A model generated the notes under the pieces. The model saw nothing but the letters and a program-made list of their open reading frames with translations, ran no database searches and was not told where the DNA came from. A DNA stretch of 64,000 nt, taken from IMG/VR virus record IMGVR_UViG_3300028805_000047. One strand, written 5' to 3'. Within the stretch, counting starts at the first letter, position 1. Every line of letters starts with the position of its first letter. The stretch comes from a virus. Lineage: Duplodnaviria; Heunggongvirae; Uroviricota; Caudoviricetes. The translations under genes and the position numbers were made by a program. Of this stretch, positions 1 through 8,166 are shown one piece after another.

Positions 1-1740
1 GTAAATCCGGGTGATACTACAGATACAAACTTGACAAAATTCTTGAACCTTAATTCAGTAAGTGTTCTCGCATCTTATACAGGTTCTTTGATTCCTAACT
101 TTATCAATAAATTAGGTGTTAATATCTGGATTCAAAAATTGATTAATGATGATACAAATTATACAGGTGTCATTTGTTATGAAAATACAGAATTGATAGA
201 AGATGTTAATGTTACTGAAGACGGTACTATAATTGAAAATATCGACTTGATTGGACATAATCTTGCTAAGTATGTTGACAATGAAGAAGAATCTGAACAA
301 ATGGATTCTTTCAGCTTCTTGTCATATGATGTTAATGGTTTGAATGAAAGTAAAATGTTCGAACCTATTGAGGCATTCAGCTTTAGCAATATTTCTTTGA
401 ATCCAAATGAAATTCTTGTTGATAAAGATACTGATGTAAAAGTTGGTGATTATTTTGTGTCAAAAGTTGGTAGTAAAGATGGTGTTAACAGATTGACGAG
501 AGTTTATTCAGTTAATATTATAACTGCTAATCCTGAACATGAAAGTTCTGAAGGCACAATATCATATAAGAAAATAATTTGTTATGATCAATTATTGATA
601 GCTGAAGATAAAGAAGAATCTTATAGTTGTATTTTGAAAGTTAAGACAATTGATGAATTATGTGACACATTACAATGGAAATGTTTGCATGGTTTCTCTT
701 TGAATGCTTCTCATATTCCAGGTAAGGGTATTGATGGTAATAAAAGCTTGAATGAACAACAGAATAATATCTTAGAAGTTCTTAGTCCAGATTCAACAAC
801 TACTAATTTGTACAAAGCTCTTACCGATAAGAATATTATTCAGTTCAGATATTTAGTTGATACATTTGGTAATGGTATTGAACCAGAATCAAAGAGCATA
901 TTTACTAAGATTTGTCAAAAAAGAATATCATTCGGTATTTTGAATGGTCCTTCTATTAAGGAATTCAAATCTATGAATTATCCAAATCCTGTATTCAGAA
1001 CAAGCAATGGCGCAATTTCATCTGAATATATCAGTAAGGGCGGTAATCCACAATTGGCTGCTAATTTCAGATATTCATTGCCTACTGAAGAACAAGGTGC
1101 AAGTTTTTCAGCATATTTTTATCCATATGTTACAATTATGGATAATGGTATAGAAAAAACAGTTCCACCTGCCGCTGCAGTATCTAACTTGTACTATGCT
1201 AAAGGTGATTTTCCATGGTATATTGTAGCAGGTGCAGATTTAGGTGTTCTTGGTGATGGCATAACTGGTACTGAATCAACTATTACGGAAGATAACAGAG
1301 ACTGGTTAGAACCATTCGGATTCAACAGTATTATTCATACTGACAAGTATAATGCAATGATTTACGGTAATGTTACTGCAAAACAAACTCCTAAATCATC
1401 ATTAAGCTCTTGCCATTGTACTGATACTTTAATTTATATCGTTTATACAATTGAAGGTATTTTACAGAGATATGTTTTCGGAACATATCATAACGATGAA
1501 AATACAAGAACTGAAATAAAAAGTCTTGTAGATGCGTTCCTTGAAAATGTTAAGAAAGCTGGAGGTATTTACGATTATAAAACTGTAATGAACAAATCAA
1601 ATAATACTGATGAGTTAATTGATGCGAATACTGGTGTAATTGATGTTGGTCTTGAATTGGTTAAAGGTCTTGAAAAGATTAACAATAGAGTGACAGTATA
1701 TCGTACAGGTGTAATTTCTTCTTTGTCATCTGGTGAATAA
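1..1740 (+). CDS. Large structural protein, 5'-truncated by the window edge; possibly the gp20-like portal by position upstream of the prohead protease/scaffold and capsid genes
   Basis: The track ORF starting at 31 (TTG) is open all the way to position 1 in the same frame. Its position upstream of the protease-scaffold and capsid genes resembles the T4 order 20-67-68-21-22-23. No diagnostic motif was recognised. Confidence 0.35.
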   Translation, partial: VNPGDTTDTNLTKFLNLNSVSVLASYTGSLIPNFINKLGVNIWIQKLINDDTNYTGVICYENTELIEDVNVTEDGTIIENIDLIGHNLAKYVDNEEESEQMDSFSFLSYDVNGLNESKMFEPIEAFSFSNISLNPNEILVDKDTDVKVGDYFVSKVGSKDGVNRLTRVYSVNIITANPEHESSEGTISYKKIICYDQLLIAEDKEESYSCILKVKTIDELCDTLQWKCLHGFSLNASHIPGKGIDGNKSLNEQQNNILEVLSPDSTTTNLYKALTDKNIIQFRYLVDTFGNGIEPESKSIFTKICQKRISFGILNGPSIKEFKSMNYPNPVFRTSNGAISSEYISKGGNPQLAANFRYSLPTEEQGASFSAYFYPYVTIMDNGIEKTVPPAAAVSNLYYAKGDFPWYIVAGADLGVLGDGITGTESTITEDNRDWLEPFGFNSIIHTDKYNAMIYGNVTAKQTPKSSLSSCHCTDTLIYIVYTIEGILQRYVFGTYHNDENTRTEIKSLVDAFLENVKKAGGIYDYKTVMNKSNNTDELIDANTGVIDVGLELVKGLEKINNRVTVYRTGVISSLSSGE

Positions 1741-2108
1741 TGCTTAGGGATTTTAACATATTACCTTCTAATTATGTCTCAACAGAGAGTAATCTGATTG
1801 AGGTAAATACAGAAATAGCTGAAGTTATACAACAGCTAAATATGTTATTCCTAACAGATAAAGAAGATGTTTTACTTCAAAGTGATTTTGGATGCAATTT
1901 AGAAAATTACCTCTTCAAGACTACGTTCTCTGAAGAGGTAATCTCTTCTGAAATCAAGAATGAAATAGATAAATATGTGTATTCAACTGAAAATGTAACA
2001 TATAAAGTAAATACCAAGTTTTTAACGTGGGAACATGATGTATGTATGCAAATTCAAATAGATATAAATAATAAAAATGAAAGTACGTCAATTACGTACT
2101 ATGCTTAA
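1740..2108 (+). CDS. Small hypothetical protein; by position could correspond to T4 gp67/gp68 prohead core proteins
   Basis: 122-aa ORF with an ATGA start/stop overlap with the upstream gene, sitting in the gp67/68 position of T4 synteny. No motif support. Confidence 0.3.
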   Translation: MLRDFNILPSNYVSTESNLIEVNTEIAEVIQQLNMLFLTDKEDVLLQSDFGCNLENYLFKTTFSEEVISSEIKNEIDKYVYSTENVTYKVNTKFLTWEHDVCMQIQIDINNKNESTSITYYA

Positions 2109-2119
2109 AATTATTTAAA

Positions 2120-3904
2120 ATGGAAAAAAGTAAGTATTTAGTTGAAAGTTTAAGCGAAAATGCTTGTAAGATAGATAAAAATCAAGATGTGATTTTTCTA
2201 GAAGGTGTTTTTACTAAGTTTGGTATAACGAATAAAAACAATCGTATCTATGATAGCAAAAACTTCATAGAAAAGATGAATAAGCTTCAACCAAAAATAG
2301 AATCAAAAGAATTACTTGGTGAGCTTGAACATCCTGATAATGTAAGATATGTATCTTATAAGAATGTTTCTCATATGGTTGAATCTTTGAAGTATGATGA
2401 AAAGACAGATACTGTTACAGGACGAATTCGTCTTTTGAATACACCAAGTGGACGTATAGCAAGAACACTTGTTGAAAATGGTGTTCCTTTACATATATCC
2501 TCAAGAGCTATTGGTTCTATGAAAGGTAATCATGTTATTGTTGAAGAGTTAATAACATATGACTTAGTTGCTGAACCTGGTTTTGAACAAGCAATTTTAC
2601 ATACTGTAAATGAGTCAAGAGATGATAATCCTAAATTGAAAAATGCTTTGCATTATATGACATCAAAACAAAAACCAGGTGTATTTTGTGAGTCATTAAG
2701 TAGTAAAAATACAAAAGTATATTCAGTAAATGAAAATGAAATTCCAGATAATAAAAATATAAATAAAGAAACTTCATACGATATGAATACTATAGAAATT
2801 ACAGCAAAAGCTAAAGCCTTGGATTTAGCTGATAAATTTGGTTGTCAAGCTGAATTAGTAGAGTATACTAATGATGATGAAACAATAGCAGTCATGAAAA
2901 TTTCATCAGATGATAAAGAAAAACTATCAGATTTTGTAAGATATTGTCTTGTTAATGACTGTGAAGGTGAACCTAAAGAAGAAACTGAGCTTTCCATTGA
3001 AGAAGAATCAAGATCAGTAGAATTGTTACGTAGACAAATTGACGATTATACTCGTTATTTGAAAAAGTATAATGAGGGTTTTGTTACTAAAGAACAAATG
3101 GAAGCTTACAGTAAAATGATTTCAGAAAATGCTGTGACTAAAGGTCAATTAGAGGCTTACAGCAAAATGATTTCAGAAAATGCCGTAACTAAAGATCAGT
3201 TGGATGCATACAGTAAAATGATTTCAGAAAATGCTGTGACTAAAGACCAACTCGATGCTTACAGCAAAATGATTTCAGAAAATGCAGTAACTAAAGACCA
3301 ACTCGATGCTTACAGCAAAATGATTTCAGAAAATACCGTGACTAAAGATCAGTTGGATGCTTACAGTAAAACAATCATTGAATCAATGAATAAACAAACT
3401 GAAGCTCTTGACAGAACTTGCGAAGTTTATGAAAGCAGAATAAAAGAATTGGAATCACAAGTTCGTTCAATTAACGAAGGTGTTTCCAAGACTGAAAAAG
3501 ATGCTGAAATGAAACAAATATTTGAAGCTATTCAAAATATTAAAAATGTTACTGAAACACAGCAACAAATTAATGAACAGCGTCAAATTGAAGAAACAGA
3601 AAATAACAAGATTAAATCTGAACAATATCTAGTTAACTTTATGCCTGACAGATATAAAGAATCTTGGGAAAAACTTTCAGATGAAAGAAAGAAAGAAATT
3701 CTTAAAGAAAGCAGATTATTCTTGATTAAAGATGTTGCTACTGCTGAAAGATTCTGGATGACTCGTGATTTTAGAGAAAAACCGATTGACACTAAAAAAT
3801 TCATTGAAGAATCTTTGAAGTCAAGCAACAAAAACATACGTACTGATGACGTTCAAGATAATATCAAGAACGAAATTATGAGACGTATGAAATACGGATT
3901 TTAA
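2120..3904 (+). CDS. Prohead protease (T4 gp21-like) fused to a scaffold-like coiled-coil domain carrying six 17-aa tandem repeats
   Basis: N-terminal ~200 aa carries 'IFLEGVF...NRIY...GELEHPD', with His71, His85 and Ser127-133 placed as in a herpesvirus/T4-type assemblin. The C-terminal part is charged coiled-coil containing YSKMISENAVTKDQLDA repeated 5-6 times; each repeat holds an I-x-E triplet, the T4 gp21 cleavage-site type. The gene sits directly upstream of the capsid gene. Confidence 0.55.
   Translation: MEKSKYLVESLSENACKIDKNQDVIFLEGVFTKFGITNKNNRIYDSKNFIEKMNKLQPKIESKELLGELEHPDNVRYVSYKNVSHMVESLKYDEKTDTVTGRIRLLNTPSGRIARTLVENGVPLHISSRAIGSMKGNHVIVEELITYDLVAEPGFEQAILHTVNESRDDNPKLKNALHYMTSKQKPGVFCESLSSKNTKVYSVNENEIPDNKNINKETSYDMNTIEITAKAKALDLADKFGCQAELVEYTNDDETIAVMKISSDDKEKLSDFVRYCLVNDCEGEPKEETELSIEEESRSVELLRRQIDDYTRYLKKYNEGFVTKEQMEAYSKMISENAVTKGQLEAYSKMISENAVTKDQLDAYSKMISENAVTKDQLDAYSKMISENAVTKDQLDAYSKMISENTVTKDQLDAYSKTIIESMNKQTEALDRTCEVYESRIKELESQVRSINEGVSKTEKDAEMKQIFEAIQNIKNVTETQQQINEQRQIEETENNKIKSEQYLVNFMPDRYKESWEKLSDERKKEILKESRLFLIKDVATAERFWMTRDFREKPIDTKKFIEESLKSSNKNIRTDDVQDNIKNEIMRRMKYGF
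3104..3380 (+). repeat. 51-nt tandem repeat (5 full copies plus a partial) inside the protease-scaffold gene
   Basis: Units 'gcttacagYaaaatgatttcagaaaatgcNgtRactaaagaYcaRYtNgaK' are directly visible with few synonymous differences. Confidence 0.9.
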
Positions 3905-3923
3905 TCAAAATTTAAAAAATATA

Positions 3924-3933
3924 AATAATATGT
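3924..3933 (+). promoter_or_regulatory. T4-type late promoter box TATAAATA upstream of the capsid gene
   Basis: 'aatataaataatat' lies about 70 nt upstream of the ATG at 4002. Confidence 0.45.
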
Positions 3934-4001
3934 ACATTATAGGAAAGAAAAGAACTTATAGTACAGAGTTAATATAAATATCAATTTTAAAATTTTTAAA
4001 A

Positions 4002-5681
4002 ATGGAAATAAATGACGTAAAAGCACTCCAAACATGGGGTAAACTTATTGAAGAATCTACAGGTATTAAAGATTCTCAGAAAGTTGCTTGGATGTCTAAG
4101 CTTTGTGCTATCCAAGACAACGAAGACAAAATTAGACCAGTATTAGAATCAGCATTCTGGGGTCCATCACTTAATCCTTCAATGACAATGCAAGGTGCAG
4201 GTGCAATTCAATTCCCAAGCGATGGTGATAATGGTTTCTCAGGTGTAAGAAATGGTTCTGCAGACGCAGTTGCTTCTTCTGTTGCGATTGCAATGCAAAC
4301 AGCTGCTCAAACAATCGCTCTTGACTTGTTAGCTGTAGTTCCTATTGCTGGTCCACAAGGACAATATCGTTTCTATGATACTGTTTATGAAGGCGGTCGT
4401 ATCAATGGTGACTTACGTACAGCTGACGGTACTCCAAAATTTACTAATGCAGTTGCTGACCCTCTATTGGTTGAAGCTACAGCAATTAGTGAAAATGGTA
4501 AAGCACTTTTGGAAGCAGTTGTTAATGAAACTTCTGAATCTGAAGTTGAAGGTAATGTAATTACAAGAGGTGACTTTAAATTGACTTTCATTGAACTTGG
4601 TTTTATTTCTGGTAAACCTATCTTCTTGGTAGAACGTACTGATGCTAAACCAGGTGAATTCAATGCACGTAGATTCAACGGTGCACCAACTTTGTATGAA
4701 ACATTCAAAGATGATTTGCAACTTGATCTAGTAAATACTAAAGAGAACCACATTACTGCATTCTCTGGTCGTGATTTCTACGAAAATTCAGTAACGAAAG
4801 AAACTGGTAAGAATCCTTACGATGGTAATTTCGGTATTGAACCATTCGAACGTGAAGAAGGTGAAGCAACTACAGTTAACTTCTTAGGTGCTAAACGTAC
4901 TTCAATGGACATCAAGGTAAAAACTTACCAAGTTGGTTTCTCTGCAACATGGGAACAAATCGAAGATGCTCAAGCTGATGGTCAAGATATTATAGCTCAA
5001 ATCGAAGCTGACGCTTTGAATGAACTTTCACAATCAGTTAACAAGTTGATTCTTTCTAAAATGTGGGAATTGGCTAAGAAACATACTGATATTCTTGAAG
5101 CTAAAGGTGAAGTACTTAACACTTACTTTATGTCAGCTAATGACACTGAAGTTCCTGAAGCTTATGCTGATTACAGCAAGGTAATTGTAGACAATGGTGG
5201 TGAAACTTCATTGACTCTTCAAGCTAGATTATTGAGAAAAATGCTTTATGCTGCTAATATAATTTCTCACGATTCTCGTTTGACTGGTGGTGAATTCTTC
5301 GCAATTGGTTCTACTCAATTCGTAACTGCTGTTCAATCAATCGCAGGTTTAGCTCAAGTGAACTTGCCTAACAATGTTCAATCAGTTGCTGATGCACCAA
5401 ATCCTATTGGTAAGGTAAGTAACATCATGGTTTATCAAGATCCTAACTTGCCAATCGATTACACTGGTGTAATTGTAGGTCGTAAAACTAAACCAAAAGA
5501 TCCAGGTTTGATTTTCTTACCATACATCATGGCTAAGAAAGTAACTACGACTGCAACTGCAACATTCGCTTATGCAGGTGCGATGAAATCACGTTTCGCA
5601 TTAGTTGCTGCAGGTCAACATCCTGAAATGCAATACTTGCGTTTCCACATCGCAGTAAGTGATTCAATCCAATTGATATAA
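4002..5681 (+). CDS. Major capsid protein, T4 gp23-like
   Basis: The N-terminus 'ALQTWGKLIEESTGIKDSQKVAWMSKLCAIQDNEDK' parallels T4 gp23 'LNKWKPLLEGEGLPEIANSKQAIIAKIFENQEKD'. Length 559 aa versus 521 in T4. It is followed by a strong terminator and sits downstream of the protease-scaffold gene. Confidence 0.75.
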   Translation: MEINDVKALQTWGKLIEESTGIKDSQKVAWMSKLCAIQDNEDKIRPVLESAFWGPSLNPSMTMQGAGAIQFPSDGDNGFSGVRNGSADAVASSVAIAMQTAAQTIALDLLAVVPIAGPQGQYRFYDTVYEGGRINGDLRTADGTPKFTNAVADPLLVEATAISENGKALLEAVVNETSESEVEGNVITRGDFKLTFIELGFISGKPIFLVERTDAKPGEFNARRFNGAPTLYETFKDDLQLDLVNTKENHITAFSGRDFYENSVTKETGKNPYDGNFGIEPFEREEGEATTVNFLGAKRTSMDIKVKTYQVGFSATWEQIEDAQADGQDIIAQIEADALNELSQSVNKLILSKMWELAKKHTDILEAKGEVLNTYFMSANDTEVPEAYADYSKVIVDNGGETSLTLQARLLRKMLYAANIISHDSRLTGGEFFAIGSTQFVTAVQSIAGLAQVNLPNNVQSVADAPNPIGKVSNIMVYQDPNLPIDYTGVIVGRKTKPKDPGLIFLPYIMAKKVTTTATATFAYAGAMKSRFALVAAGQHPEMQYLRFHIAVSDSIQLI

Positions 5682-5702
5682 TCAATTTGATTTGAGAATA
5701 CC

Positions 5703-5744
5703 GAAAGTCCTGAGTAGATAAGTCTATTCAGGACTTTCTTTTTT
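5703..5744 (+). terminator. Rho-independent terminator after the capsid gene
   Basis: Perfect 11-bp stem GAAAGTCCTGA/TCAGGACTTTC with a 14-nt loop and a TTTTTT run. Confidence 0.85.
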
Positions 5745-5762
5745 ATAAAATTTTTCAAATTT

Positions 5763-5791
5763 TTGATCCAACTTTCAAAAAGCTGTATTAT
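5763..5791 (+). promoter_or_regulatory. Sigma70-type promoter TTGATC-N17-TATTAT (copy 1 of a conserved family)
   Basis: -35 TTGATC, exact 17-nt spacer, -10 TATTAT, with an AT-rich upstream tract. The same ~58-nt element recurs at 20170, 30083, 53625 and (diverged) 61119. Confidence 0.6.
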
Positions 5792-5837
5792 ATTTACCTC
5801 ATCAAATTAAGGTTAACTATTAAAATTAAGAGGTATT

Positions 5838-6401
5838 ATGAGTACAACAGTAATATATTCAAATGCAGGAGATGTAGATACTTTGTTATTAAAGCTTATC
5901 TGGAAAGATATTAAAGATGTCAAGCTTATCGAGATTACTGAATTTTCAAAAGATTATGAAGATACAGTTGATAATGCTATACAATCTGAACAAGATACTA
6001 TCATATTTTGTGGACATGGTACCACAAATGGTTTACTATTTCCGGATTTCTATAAAAATGAATATATTTTACATGAAAATAATGTTGGACTTATTAAGGC
6101 AAGAAGAGTAATTTGTATGTGGTGCTATGCCTTAGACTTTTGTAAAAACAATAATATCCAAAATTGTTTTGCGACGTCTATGTTTATTTCTAATATTGAT
6201 GAAGCTATTGAAAATTGGATTTATGACGCTAAATCAAGTGAAATAAATGCAAGTACAGAAAACTTTTGTAAAGATCTTAATTACCTTATTAAAAATTGTG
6301 AGCTATCTGATTTTGCAAAATATATAAAAGACAGAATATACAAGAATAATAAAGTTGATACATTTAATAGAAGCAGTGTTGAAGTATTAAATGTTTTTTG
6401 A
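5838..6401 (+). CDS. Hypothetical protein (187 aa)
   Basis: Good Shine-Dalgarno 'aagaggt' 7 nt upstream, directly downstream of the conserved promoter. Confidence 0.6.
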   Translation: MSTTVIYSNAGDVDTLLLKLIWKDIKDVKLIEITEFSKDYEDTVDNAIQSEQDTIIFCGHGTTNGLLFPDFYKNEYILHENNVGLIKARRVICMWCYALDFCKNNNIQNCFATSMFISNIDEAIENWIYDAKSSEINASTENFCKDLNYLIKNCELSDFAKYIKDRIYKNNKVDTFNRSSVEVLNVF

Positions 6402-7085
6402 AATCATTTGATTTGCAATATCAGACATCATAGATTCTGTCAGTTTTGAATTCTTACCTTTCTTAGCAAGGACTGATATATAGTCTTTTAAGTCAAATGA
6501 GGCTTCAATAGTATTATCACCATATTTGGCTAATTCAAGAGACATTTGTGACAAACTTGCTTTTAATGATTCAATCTCAGCATTTAATGTGTCAATTGAG
6601 ACTTGTTGTTCATTGATTGTAGTCAGGTAGTCTGAATTAGCTTTTGTAAGTTCTTCATTTCTAGCTCTTAAATCATTTATATATTCTATTAAGTCTTGTG
6701 AAGGACTATCAACTGACTTAAATTTACCTGAAAATAATTCTGTTTCTACAGCAGAGGTTGTATTATCTACATATCTGCAAGTAATATGATATGATTCAGT
6801 ATTCATTTTCAGAATTTTCTTTGCATTTTCTGAACTAATAAAGAATACAACCTCGCCATTTGATTTATCATAATTAGAGACTTCAGTACATTCAGGTATC
6901 GCTATATCAGAAGTTTCGTCAATAAAGTGTAAGAATAATGTACCGACATTTGATACATTCAATAGCTTTTTATCTGAACTATGAAGTGTAAAAAATTTAT
7001 ATTGATCAAACATTGATAGTTTGATTGAATAAGAATCTCCATTATGTAAATCAGGATTTGACGGTTTATTTGCAATCGTTATCAT
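6387..7085 (-). CDS. Hypothetical protein with a C-terminal coiled coil (232 aa); third gene of the minus-strand operon
   Basis: Tightly packed behind 7087..8166 on the minus strand; heptad-rich C-terminus. Confidence 0.5.
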   Translation of the reverse strand: MITIANKPSNPDLHNGDSYSIKLSMFDQYKFFTLHSSDKKLLNVSNVGTLFLHFIDETSDIAIPECTEVSNYDKSNGEVVFFISSENAKKILKMNTESYHITCRYVDNTTSAVETELFSGKFKSVDSPSQDLIEYINDLRARNEELTKANSDYLTTINEQQVSIDTLNAEIESLKASLSQMSLELAKYGDNTIEASFDLKDYISVLAKKGKNSKLTESMMSDIANQMISKNI

Positions 7086-7086
7086 G

Positions 7087-8166
7087 TTATGCGATGTTTA
7101 TAGATTTACGTTTTGTAAATTCATCTTCAATACATCTCTCAAATCTATCTTTAAACTCGATATAAGACGCCATAAACTGATTATCTAAAATATCATCAGG
7201 TTTTAGCTTATAATAGTTCATGCACAAGTTTTTGATAATAAATTTAAGTATTTGTCTTATGTCATCATGTGATTTTAGAATATCGATAGTTTCTTTATTG
7301 TAAATTTTATCAATATCTATATCATATTCAGAAAAATCAAGTTTTTCCATGACGATAGACTTAGTATTATTATTTTGCTTATAGAATATATTGAATAATG
7401 TACATATTAAGCCTATCTTCATTTCATTAGGTGTGTTTATTGATTTTACAGATTTACATATTTCTTCTATATTTTGTTTTTTACAGAAAGAAATGAAATC
7501 TCTGAATACTAATCTGATTATTGTCGTATTAGCAGTAAAATCTTTTTTTGTTATATCAACTGATTCTTTTATAAGATTTATAACAATGTCTTCAGATGAT
7601 TTTATAATAAGTTTGTATGTAAGATTTTCATTAAAATCAACTTTAAGAATATCAGTAACAGCATATCTTTTGTCAACTATCTCAGAATCATATAAAACTT
7701 CTGTAAGCCTTTCAGACTGTTCAGGTGACAGCAGATTTGAATCAAATAAATTTTTACAGTGGTCAGTATTAAATATTTTTGACCAGAACACAAGACTTTC
7801 CTCGTCTTGCATAATTTCTTTATCAAGAATTATTTGCTTTAATGACAAACCGTTTTGGAATTTATCTGAACAAATGAATATAAATCTCCAGTAATCAGGA
7901 ACATCTTCATTTGAATAAAATCCTGTAAGATATTCTATTTGGTTCTTAAAAATAGAAGATGTTGTTTGTTCAATATATGTCAATTCAACAGGATTTTCTA
8001 TTGAAGATCCTGAATAAAATCTAATAGTGTCTTTAGTTTTTGAAAGTTGTAAAACAGGTTCAGTATAATTCTGTCTAAGAATTACTCTTGATGATTTTAT
8101 AATTTCATCAAATTTCTGCTTAGTGTACTTTTTTATTAAATCTTTAATCGTCATAGTTTTGAACAA
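7087..8166 (-). CDS. Hypothetical protein (359 aa); second gene of the minus-strand operon
   Basis: Overlaps the stop of the upstream ATP-grasp gene by 16 nt (translational coupling). Confidence 0.5.
   Translation of the reverse strand: MFKTMTIKDLIKKYTKQKFDEIIKSSRVILRQNYTEPVLQLSKTKDTIRFYSGSSIENPVELTYIEQTTSSIFKNQIEYLTGFYSNEDVPDYWRFIFICSDKFQNGLSLKQIILDKEIMQDEESLVFWSKIFNTDHCKNLFDSNLLSPEQSERLTEVLYDSEIVDKRYAVTDILKVDFNENLTYKLIIKSSEDIVINLIKESVDITKKDFTANTTIIRLVFRDFISFCKKQNIEEICKSVKSINTPNEMKIGLICTLFNIFYKQNNNTKSIVMEKLDFSEYDIDIDKIYNKETIDILKSHDDIRQILKFIIKNLCMNYYKLKPDDILDNQFMASYIEFKDRFERCIEDEFTKRKSINIA

Noticed and set aside
5751-5808. I first read the conserved 'TATTATATTTACC' element as a Bacteroidetes-type -7 TAnnTTTG promoter and considered a Bacteroidetes host.
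   Set aside because: The element fits TTGATC-N17-TATTAT sigma70 geometry exactly. Most genes have AGGA/GAGG Shine-Dalgarno sequences 5-8 nt upstream, which argues against a Bacteroidetes host. The host was left unassigned.
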